This document shows, piece after piece, positions 53,552 through 61,453 of a DNA stretch of 64,000 bases. The DNA is from Candidatus Binataceae bacterium. Lineage in GTDB: Bacteria > Desulfobacterota > Binatia > Binatales > Binataceae. The position numbers and the translations under genes are program-made. Each line of letters starts with the position of its first letter. The first letter of the stretch is position 1. The stretch is taken from assembly GCA_035508495.1 (NCBI GenBank), contig DATJMX010000022.1, positions 44,139-108,138 on the forward strand, written 5' to 3'. The notes below the pieces were generated by a model. The model did not search any database and had not been told where the DNA came from. It saw only the letters and a list, made by a program, of their open reading frames with translations.

Positions 53552-56129
53552 TCGCCCCGGGCTGCTCTGGCTGATGCTGCTGCTGCCTGTAGTCGCGGCT
53601 CCGGCGCTGCTCGCGATTCGCGGCGGGCGGTTTGGCTTCGGCGCATTGTCGCTGGTGCTGCGCACCGCCTGTTTCGCGGCCCTGGTCGCGATGGTCGCGG
53701 GGTTCAAAATTCCTGGTCACGTAGCGGCACGCAAACTTGCGATTATCGCCGCGCTCGACCAGTCGCGCTCGATCGCGCCCGACCAGGACTCGTGGATGCG
53801 CGATCGCGTCGCGCAACTGCGGCGCGCGATGTCGCCGCGCGACGAGCTCGCCGTGATTGGCTTTGGCCGCGACGCGCGGCTGCTCGTGCCGCTTTCCGAT
53901 CCGCGCCTGGTCGGTTCCTTTCGTGGCAGCGCTGACTCGGGTGCGACCAATATTTCCGACGCTCTCGTGACGGCCCAGAGCCTGCTTCCTTCCGATGCTG
54001 ACGGACGAATCGTGCTGCTTAGCGACGGCAACGAAACGCAAGATTCCGCGCGCGCCTCGATTCCGGCGCTGGTCGAAAGCGGCGTGCGCGTATTCGGTTC
54101 CGCGCCGCCGCCGTCTTCTACCGAGCGCGTCGCGCTTACGGAATTCGCCGCGCCCGAGGTCGTCCGTTCCGGCCAGCAGTTCGATTTCCAGATCGCGGTT
54201 GAGAGCGAAGCGGCCGCGCCGGTGAGCGCCTCGCTGAGACTCTACCAGGATGGCACGGCGGTGGGCGCCGAAGCTGTGACGCTCAAATCCGGGCTGAATC
54301 GATTCGACCTGCCGTACCGGCTGAACGCCGGCGGCGCATTCGTGATGGGCGCGGAGATCGCGGTCACCGGGCCGCGCGTTGCGATCAATCCGCGCGCCGA
54401 GGCCGCGATCTCGGTGACCGCGCCGCCGCGCGTCATGATCGTTTCCGCCACGCCGCCAGAGAGCCTCGTCACGGCGCTCAAGATGCGCGGCTACCGCATC
54501 GATATCGTCTCGCCGCGCAGCCTCAGCACTAATCCCGTTGATTACCTGGTCTATCAGCTTGTCATCCTCGACGACGTTCCGTCCGCCGAGCTGACGCCCG
54601 AGATGCAGCATGCGCTCAATCGCTACGTCGCAGAGCTGGGCGGCGGGCTCATCGCGACCGGCGACACGCTGCGCGAAGACGGCTTTCGCGGCAGCGAGCT
54701 CGAGAAGGCGCTGCCGGTGAGCTTCGAAATGCAACCGCCGCCGCCTTCGCGCGAGCCGATCGCGGTCTATCTTTGTATCGATCGCTCGAACTCGATGAGT
54801 TACGACTCGCGCTCGCCCGCGGTGCGTGACGGCGAGCGCATCCGCTACGCCAAGGAAGCCGCGATCGCGCTGCTGCGCCAACTCGACGACACCGACTACG
54901 CGGGCGTGATCGCATTCGATTCGCAGCCCTACGTGCTGGGCCATCTCGAGCAGCTCGGTGACGATCGCAGCGACCTCGAAAGCCGCATCGAGCGCCTGCA
55001 ACCGGGCGGCGGAACGGATTTCAAGGACGCGCTGGAAATCGCGGAGCGCGAAATCCTCCAGAGCGGAATCGCAGTGCGCCAGGTGATTCTGCTCACCGAC
55101 GGCGACACCAACCGGCAGTATCACGACCACGACGATCTGATCGCGAGCTTTGCGCGCGAGAAAATCCCGGTCTCGACGATTCGTATCGGCCCCGATCTCG
55201 CGAACCTCGAGCTGTTGCAGGACTTCGCGCAGGCGACCGGCGGGGTATTCTACCGCGTCCAGGATATCGAGAAGCTGCCGCTGCTGCTGGTTGGTCTCAC
55301 CCGCGAGGCGATGAATCGGCGCAAGCAAGGCCGCACCTCAGTCGCGGCGGGCCAGCCCAGCGCAATCCTGAACGGCATCAAAAGCAGCGAAATTCCGCCG
55401 ATCGATTTCTTCGCCTCGACCACTGCCAAGACCGGCGCGCAGGTGCCGCTGCAAGTGACGCGTGGCGATCGCAGCGCACCGTTGCTGGCGGCGTGGCAAT
55501 ACGGACTCGGACGTACGGCGATTTTTTCAGCCGATCCGGATTCGCTGGCGACGCTCAGTTGGATCAGGTGGAACCGCTACGCGGAGTTCTGGTCGCAGCT
55601 CGCGACGTGGGCGATGCGCGCAGGCGATTCAGGTCCGTTTACGATGCGCGTGTCGCACGCCGGCGATGGATCGATCGCGGTCGAGGCTGAAAAAGCCGAC
55701 ACCAATCCCGTCAGCAACCTGGTTTGCCGCATCACGGGCCAGGGCCATGCGACCGATATCGCGATGACGCAGACTGATTCGTCGCTGTACCGCGCCGAAA
55801 TCGGACCGCTGCCGCGCGGCAAATATACGGCGACCTTGATGCTCAAGGCCGGCGACAACGAGCGCATCATCGAGCAGCGCCAGTTTGCGACGCCGGGCTC
55901 GATTGCGGCTGACGCGGCGGAGCTCAGGATTCGTCCGCCAAACCTCGACCTGCTGCGGCAGTTGGGTTCGGCGACCCACGGCGGCTATGACGCGCCTGAT
56001 AGTGAGATCGTGCACCACACCGGGTCGCTGGTTCCGGTGCGCATCAGCGCCGCGCCGTTCGTGCTGCCGATTGTGATCGCGTTCTTCCTTGGCGAAGTTT
56101 TCGTGCGCCGCCGCTTCCTCGGCGACTGA
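53544..56129 (+). CDS. Membrane-anchored double-vWA protein with C-terminal amidotransferase-like (BatB-type) region
   Basis: 8-nt overlap with the upstream gene. Two MIDAS DxSxS motifs (LDQSRS, IDRSNS), GGTDFKDAL, LLTDGDTN, and a terminal TM helix. Confidence 0.8.
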   Translation: MFDRPGLLWLMLLLPVVAAPALLAIRGGRFGFGALSLVLRTACFAALVAMVAGFKIPGHVAARKLAIIAALDQSRSIAPDQDSWMRDRVAQLRRAMSPRDELAVIGFGRDARLLVPLSDPRLVGSFRGSADSGATNISDALVTAQSLLPSDADGRIVLLSDGNETQDSARASIPALVESGVRVFGSAPPPSSTERVALTEFAAPEVVRSGQQFDFQIAVESEAAAPVSASLRLYQDGTAVGAEAVTLKSGLNRFDLPYRLNAGGAFVMGAEIAVTGPRVAINPRAEAAISVTAPPRVMIVSATPPESLVTALKMRGYRIDIVSPRSLSTNPVDYLVYQLVILDDVPSAELTPEMQHALNRYVAELGGGLIATGDTLREDGFRGSELEKALPVSFEMQPPPPSREPIAVYLCIDRSNSMSYDSRSPAVRDGERIRYAKEAAIALLRQLDDTDYAGVIAFDSQPYVLGHLEQLGDDRSDLESRIERLQPGGGTDFKDALEIAEREILQSGIAVRQVILLTDGDTNRQYHDHDDLIASFAREKIPVSTIRIGPDLANLELLQDFAQATGGVFYRVQDIEKLPLLLVGLTREAMNRRKQGRTSVAAGQPSAILNGIKSSEIPPIDFFASTTAKTGAQVPLQVTRGDRSAPLLAAWQYGLGRTAIFSADPDSLATLSWIRWNRYAEFWSQLATWAMRAGDSGPFTMRVSHAGDGSIAVEAEKADTNPVSNLVCRITGQGHATDIAMTQTDSSLYRAEIGPLPRGKYTATLMLKAGDNERIIEQRQFATPGSIAADAAELRIRPPNLDLLRQLGSATHGGYDAPDSEIVHHTGSLVPVRISAAPFVLPIVIAFFLGEVFVRRRFLGD

Positions 56130-56166
56130 GATGCTCACAATCAACCGTCCAGAAGAGGGCAATCCG

Positions 56167-56688
56167 ATGCGCCGAGTGGGAATCGCAGCAGTTGCATTCT
56201 TGATCGCTTCGCTCATGCTGGCGGCGAGCGGGGCAAGCGCGGACACGTCGGCGCGTGACCTGAAAGCGATGTCGGACGCGAGCTACATCTACATCGCGAC
56301 GGTCCGCAAAGACGGCAATCAGAGCAGGGCCGTGCCGGTGTGGTTTCTCGTCTCCAAGGATAACTCTTTGTTAATTCAGACCTCGCCGAAGAGCTGGAAG
56401 GCGAAACGCATCGGCCGCGGCAGCCCAGCCATGATCTGGATCGGCACGAGCGACGGTCCGGCTTTCATTGGCAAAGCCGCGATTCTCACCGACAAGGCCT
56501 CGCAGCAGGAGATCATCGACGGTATCCCGCGCAAGTACACGCTCGCGCGCCTGGGCTTCGCGCGGCCGAGCGAAAAGAAGTTCGCCGCCGGCCAGATCGT
56601 CGTCATCCGAATCACGCCGGTGCGCGACCTGCCCGAGGGGTTCAAGTCACAACCCGGCACTCCCGCGCCGAGTCTCGAAGCGAAATAG
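56167..56688 (+). CDS. Exported PPOX-like (pyridoxamine 5'-phosphate oxidase/split beta-barrel) family protein
   Basis: ATG 56167. Signal peptide ...ASGASA/D. IATVRKDGNQSRAVPVWFLV...AKRIGRGSPA resembles PPOX-class split barrels by recall. Confidence 0.5.
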   Translation: MRRVGIAAVAFLIASLMLAASGASADTSARDLKAMSDASYIYIATVRKDGNQSRAVPVWFLVSKDNSLLIQTSPKSWKAKRIGRGSPAMIWIGTSDGPAFIGKAAILTDKASQQEIIDGIPRKYTLARLGFARPSEKKFAAGQIVVIRITPVRDLPEGFKSQPGTPAPSLEAK

Positions 56689-56735
56689 TACGATCGCGCT
56701 AGCCTCCGAACGGCGCGCGCGTCAGAATAATTTTC

Positions 56736-57146
56736 ATGGCGACCGAGTCGGCATCGGTACTGATCAAGCGAGCGCTAGGCCGGCTCTGTCCGGTATGCGG
56801 CCGCGGCCAGATCTTCAGCTCTCATTTCCGGATGAATCGCACCTGCCCGCGATGTCACGTCGTGTTCTGGAAGGATCCCGGCGAATCGCTGGGGGCGATG
56901 TACCTCGACTACGCGGTGGCGACGATCGCATTCCTCGCAAGTTGGGGCGTGCTTGCCTTTGCAACCCGTCTTAGTGACGTACAGCAGCTCATCATCCTCG
57001 GCGCGATCGCGGGCGCGAGCGTGATCGCCTGCTATCCCTGGACGCGCAGTGCGTGGACCGTGCTGGTGTATCTGTCGGGCGGAATCGAACGCCCGCGGAT
57101 GCGCGCGATCAAGGGCGGCAAGCCGCCGACCGCCGGCGCCGCTTAG
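56736..57146 (+). CDS. DUF983 family membrane protein (zinc-ribbon N-terminus)
   Basis: CPVCGRGQIF...CPRCHVVF ribbon followed by two TM helices. Confidence 0.7.
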   Translation: MATESASVLIKRALGRLCPVCGRGQIFSSHFRMNRTCPRCHVVFWKDPGESLGAMYLDYAVATIAFLASWGVLAFATRLSDVQQLIILGAIAGASVIACYPWTRSAWTVLVYLSGGIERPRMRAIKGGKPPTAGAA

Positions 57147-58324
57147 GAGCGGCGCGCCGCGATCTTGTCGGGCAACAGTTTCAGCCGCTCAGCCGCCGCC
57201 GCGATAGTCTCGTCGCTCTTCGAAAAGGTAAAGCGCAACTTGGTGCGCCCAAGTTCGGGCCGATGATAAAAGCTTGAGCCCGGCACCGGCGCGACTCCGA
57301 CTGATTCCAGGAAAAAGTTGGCCGCCTCGATATCGTCGCGGAAACCGAGCGCAGCAATATCCGCCATGATGTAGTAGGCGCCGTCCGGCGCGCTGCATTT
57401 AAGACCCGCCGCAGTCAGCGCTTCGAGCAGCGCAGTACGCTTTCGCGTGTACATCGCGGCCAGGTCCGCATAGAACGACTCGGGAAGCCGCAGCGCCACG
57501 GCGCCCGCCTCCTGCAGCGGATGGGGTGCGCCGACTGTCAGGAAGTCGTGCACCTTGCGAATCGCCGCCGTCAGCCGCTCGTTTGCGATCGCATACGCGA
57601 GCCGCCATCCCGTTACCGAGTACGTCTTCGACAACCCGCTGATCGTGATCGTGCGTTCGGCCATCCCCGGCATGCTCGCGATCGAGATATGACGCGCGCC
57701 GCCATAGATGATGTGCTCGTAGATCTCGTCGGTTATCGCGAGCGTGTCGTAATGCCGGCAGAGCGCCGCGATCGATTCGAGCTCGGCGCGCGTGAAGACC
57801 TTGCCGCTCGGATTGTGCGGCGTGTTGATAACGATCGCTTTGGTGCGCGGGCTGAAAGCCGCCTCGAGTTCGGTGCGATCGATCGAATAGTCCGGATCAC
57901 GCAGTGCCACGTAGCGCGGCGTCGCACCGGCAAGGATCACATCGGGACCGTAGTTCTCATAGAACGGCTCGAAGATTATAACCTCGTCGCCCGGGTTAAT
58001 GACGGCGAGCATCGTCGCGACCATCGCCTCGGTCGCGCCGCAGGTCACGGTGATATTGGCGTCGGGGTCGCATTCGATGCCGTTGTAGAGGCGGGCTTTG
58101 TCGGCGATTGCGCGGCGGAAGTTGGGCGAGCCGTGGGTGATCGCGTACTGGTTGTATTCCTCGTCGATCGCGCGCTTGGCCGCTTCCTTGAGGACGCTCG
58201 GCGCGGCGAAGTCGGGGAATCCCTGCGCGAGGTTGACGGCGCCGGTCTTGAGCGCGCGCCGCGTCATCTCCCGAATCACAGATTCGGTGAAAGAGTGGGT
58301 CTTTACGCTAACGTCAGTGGGCAT
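57143..58324 (-). CDS. Class I/II PLP-dependent aminotransferase
   Basis: NLAQGFPDF, NPSGKV, and the PLP-lysine motif SGLSKTYSVTGWRLAY. Confidence 0.9.
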   Translation of the reverse strand: MPTDVSVKTHSFTESVIREMTRRALKTGAVNLAQGFPDFAAPSVLKEAAKRAIDEEYNQYAITHGSPNFRRAIADKARLYNGIECDPDANITVTCGATEAMVATMLAVINPGDEVIIFEPFYENYGPDVILAGATPRYVALRDPDYSIDRTELEAAFSPRTKAIVINTPHNPSGKVFTRAELESIAALCRHYDTLAITDEIYEHIIYGGARHISIASMPGMAERTITISGLSKTYSVTGWRLAYAIANERLTAAIRKVHDFLTVGAPHPLQEAGAVALRLPESFYADLAAMYTRKRTALLEALTAAGLKCSAPDGAYYIMADIAALGFRDDIEAANFFLESVGVAPVPGSSFYHRPELGRTKLRFTFSKSDETIAAAAERLKLLPDKIAARRS

Positions 58325-58409
58325 CGAGAGCCCAGTCTACGCGGGAGCGGGACGGCGGAACAACTTGCCGTGATCCAGGAGGGGGCTGCCGGGAGGATAC
58401 GAGGAGGCC

Positions 58410-58619
58410 CTAGTCTTCCTCTTCGCGCGCCGACTCGAGGACTGAAGCACCCTGCTTGAGGCGCCACTCGTCAATGACTTCCACGTTGAAGCGCCAGTCG
58501 CTGCCGATCTTGAAACCGGGCAGCTGGCCCTTCTTGAGAAGTCGATAGATAGTCGAGCGATGCACTCGCAGGTATTCGGCGAGTTCGTTGACCGTTAGGA
58601 CTTTTGCCGATGGCTGCAT
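58410..58619 (-). CDS. Excisionase-family (MerR-superfamily) helix-turn-helix DNA-binding protein
   Basis: 69 aa. LTVNELAEYLRVHRSTIYRLLKKGQLPGFKIGSDWRF is the typical HTH_17/excisionase motif. Confidence 0.8.
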   Translation of the reverse strand: MQPSAKVLTVNELAEYLRVHRSTIYRLLKKGQLPGFKIGSDWRFNVEVIDEWRLKQGASVLESAREEED

Positions 58620-58796
58620 GTGATCCTGCGACCTTTAATTTAGCTTACTCTGCTTAACTGCGGCGTTACGCTATCACAAAACTCGAACTTAGCCACACCC
58701 CCCTTCTAGCGGTCTGATTGTACCTTTGATGCGAATCTTTGGCTATGTTCCCTAAACTCCTGGTGAATTTCCAACAGTTAAACGGTGCAAATGCCG

Positions 58797-60257
58797 TCAT
58801 CCGAACAGTCGGGATGCTGCCTCGCGCAGCTCTGCCCGATGATCGGGATGGGCTACGGAGATAAGTTCATGCGCCCTTTCGCGATGGGTTTTGCCCAATA
58901 AACGCGCGATTCCGTATTCTGTAACAATTGTATCCGCAAAGTAGCGTGGCACCGTGACCAGCGCTCCCGGCTCGAATTGCGCCACGATTCGCGAGATCGC
59001 GCCGCCCATCGCGGTCGAGGGCAGCAGCGTTATCGCGCGGCCGCCCGGACACATGAAGGCGCCCAAGTGAGTCTCGGGCTGGCCGCCGGTCCCATTCATC
59101 ATTCGCGCGCCAAGCACAGTCTCGGAGTTGATTTGCCCCGTGAGATCGACACTCAACGCGTTGTTAATCGAGGTCTGGCGATAGTTCGCGGTCAGGGTCG
59201 ATAGCTTCAGCACATACTCCGGGTCGAAGAGCTCAAAGGCGGGATTGTCGTCGATTATCTTCAGGTCCTCGGCGTCCGAGCCCGACCATGCGACCGCCAC
59301 CGCTTTGCCACGGTGTAGAGTTTTGCGCCTGCCGTTGATAACCCCGCGATCGACGAGCTTGGCGATGCCCGGCGCGACCATCTCGGTATGCAATCCCAGG
59401 TCATGCTTGGTATCGAAGGCGCCGAGGCGCGGCATCTGCGCGCTCGGATCGCCGACGCCGATCTGGATCGTCGTGCCGTCCTCGATAAGCTCGGTGAGAT
59501 AGCCCGCGATTGGCTTGTATTGTTCCGGCGGCGGTGCGATTCCGAGCAGCACGCGCACTTCCGTCGGCGCCATCCGCTGGAGGTATTGCGCGATCGGCAG
59601 CACGCGCTCGATTCCCGCCTCGGCGACGATCGCGCGGACCTCGTCGCGCTTGCCCGCGTCCATCGCGGCGAGCTCGCGGTCGAGCGTGGCGGCATCGAGC
59701 GCCGGCGGCGTGCCCTCGACGAAGTAATCGAACTCCGACACGTGCATCCAGACGTCGCCATGCGTGCGCGTCAGATTCTTATCGACCTCCGCCACCGCCA
59801 TCCGCGCCGCCCGCACGTACATCCGCTTGTTCCACTGATGCGGTCCGAAGCTGACGAAGCCCTTCGCGTTCGGCGGCGTCACGTTGACGAACGTGATGTC
59901 GATCGGCTTCTCCTCGTCCGGCCGCTCGTTGTGCGCTTTGAGTCCCGTTGTAAAAAGATTCGGCAGGTAAGACCCGCGATGAGCATCGTGCGCGGGGCGG
60001 CCGATATTACCGATGAAAAGCTCGAACTCGAGTTTGAAGATGGTGCTCATGTCGCCGCCGAACCATCCGGGATCGGCCAGCGGCGACGAGACCCGCACAT
60101 CGACCGAGCCGTGCAGCTCATGAGCGCGCGCCGCCAGGGCGCGCTGCATGATCGTCCCGCCCGCGAGCGGGAAATGCACGCGCATCCCGGCCTTGACCAG
60201 CCGCGCCGCCTGCTCGATCGAGATCTGCCGCGACTCGAAGTGCTCCTGCCAGTTCAT
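58797..60257 (-). CDS. Acetyl-CoA hydrolase/transferase family protein (4-hydroxybutyrate CoA-transferase-like)
   Basis: Internal ATG (Met56 of the listed ORF) gives the typical MNWQEHFESRQISIEQAARLVKAGMRV N-terminus. The C-terminal domain has the ...NSALSVDLTGQ... pattern. Confidence 0.85.
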   Translation of the reverse strand: MNWQEHFESRQISIEQAARLVKAGMRVHFPLAGGTIMQRALAARAHELHGSVDVRVSSPLADPGWFGGDMSTIFKLEFELFIGNIGRPAHDAHRGSYLPNLFTTGLKAHNERPDEEKPIDITFVNVTPPNAKGFVSFGPHQWNKRMYVRAARMAVAEVDKNLTRTHGDVWMHVSEFDYFVEGTPPALDAATLDRELAAMDAGKRDEVRAIVAEAGIERVLPIAQYLQRMAPTEVRVLLGIAPPPEQYKPIAGYLTELIEDGTTIQIGVGDPSAQMPRLGAFDTKHDLGLHTEMVAPGIAKLVDRGVINGRRKTLHRGKAVAVAWSGSDAEDLKIIDDNPAFELFDPEYVLKLSTLTANYRQTSINNALSVDLTGQINSETVLGARMMNGTGGQPETHLGAFMCPGGRAITLLPSTAMGGAISRIVAQFEPGALVTVPRYFADTIVTEYGIARLLGKTHRERAHELISVAHPDHRAELREAASRLFG

Positions 60258-60361
60258 GATGTGATCCTTTGAATGAAAGCTGCCGCGAGCCAACAATGTC
60301 TGAGCGGCGCCGGACGCGCAAACTTGTTCCAGCATCGTCGAGCAGCTAGCTTGCGAGCAAA

Positions 60362-60943
60362 ATGATCCTGCCTGCGGAGACCTTTCGCTACGAGATTCGG
60401 CGCGGCGGCGAGCTAATCGCAATCGAGGAGGAAACTCTTTCCGGCGCGAAGATCACGGGCTCGAGAAAGCCGCCTGCCGGATCGGATCGCTACGAAGTCG
60501 AAGCCGAGCTCGATTCCAACGGCGTCGTCTCGCGCATCGCGCTACGCTACAGCCGCGGACCGTTCGTGCGCAACGCGAGCTACGAGGGCGTCGAGGATTT
60601 TCTCAGTGGCAACGTGAGTGCGCTCGCCGGCCGCAACGTCGTTACGACCAAGCTCGGGCGCTATCGCGAGGTCGATGCGGAGCTGCAGATCTTCCGCGCG
60701 CTCACGATCGCACACATCCGCGCGCGCGGGCAGACGCGATGGACCGGGCGCGTCGCCGCGATCGATTCGAGTACCCTGGTCGCATCGACCTATAAGCAAT
60801 CGTGCCGAAGCGCCGGCGACGGCGCGTCAAAATGGATTTATGAACCACGGATGGGTGACTCCGAGGAAATCGAAATCGATGCCGAGGGCCGCCTGCTGCT
60901 GCGGCGCGACAATCGGGGGCTCGAAGCCCGCCTGATTCGTTGA
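60362..60943 (+). CDS. Hypothetical protein
   Basis: 193-aa ORF with coding-like composition, no obvious SD and no family recognised. Confidence 0.5.
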   Translation: MILPAETFRYEIRRGGELIAIEEETLSGAKITGSRKPPAGSDRYEVEAELDSNGVVSRIALRYSRGPFVRNASYEGVEDFLSGNVSALAGRNVVTTKLGRYREVDAELQIFRALTIAHIRARGQTRWTGRVAAIDSSTLVASTYKQSCRSAGDGASKWIYEPRMGDSEEIEIDAEGRLLLRRDNRGLEARLIR

Positions 60944-60948
60944 GCGCG

Positions 60949-61290
60949 TCAGGCCGCCTTGCGCGGCATCTTGCAATCGCCGTCGAACTGCGCGCCCTCG
61001 TTAAGCACCAGGCTGGGCGTGCTGATCGTGCATTGCGCGCGCGCCGTCGGCATCAGCTCGACGCGCTCACGCGCATTGACCTCGCCGCTGAATGCACCCG
61101 CGATCGTGACGCGAGTCGCCGCGATTCGCGCGCTCACCACCGCGCCGTTTGCGATCACGACCTCGTCGCCCGTGATTTCGCCGTCCGCTTCGCCTTCAAT
61201 TTTCACGGGTCCGCGAAACGTAAGTTTTCCGGACGCCTTGGTGCCTTTGCCGATGCGTGATTCAAAGCTGCTGTCGTCGAGATTCGCCAT
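60949..61290 (-). CDS. Bactofilin family cytoskeletal protein
   Basis: Repetitive beta-helix pattern (GKLTFRGPVKIEGEADGEITGDEVVIANGAVVSARIAATRVTIAGAFSGEV). ATG 61290 preferred over the listed upstream start. Confidence 0.85.
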   Translation of the reverse strand: MANLDDSSFESRIGKGTKASGKLTFRGPVKIEGEADGEITGDEVVIANGAVVSARIAATRVTIAGAFSGEVNARERVELMPTARAQCTISTPSLVLNEGAQFDGDCKMPRKAA

Positions 61291-61453
61291 ATTACCAGTT
61301 GCCTTTTGAAAGATTGGCGTCACACTATTGCCAGCATTCGCGCGCGTGCGCAAACGATGTCGATGTGAACGCCCTGTAAACAGGGCAGTTGCGCGATTGG
61401 CGATGCTTTCGCGTATCAGCGCTCGTAAGAATCGAAATGCCGGAGCAGGCTTG

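Noticed and set aside
53388-55328. 646-aa minus-strand ORF; similar cases at 49644-50849, 50686-51714, 62153-63706, 37376-38533, 44566-45570 and 28343-29254
   Set aside because: All are antisense to genes with strong family signatures (vWA, MoxR, DUF58, AP-superfamily, HIBADH, M20, kinase-like). All have Arg-rich low-information sequences. I treat them as GC-driven open frames.
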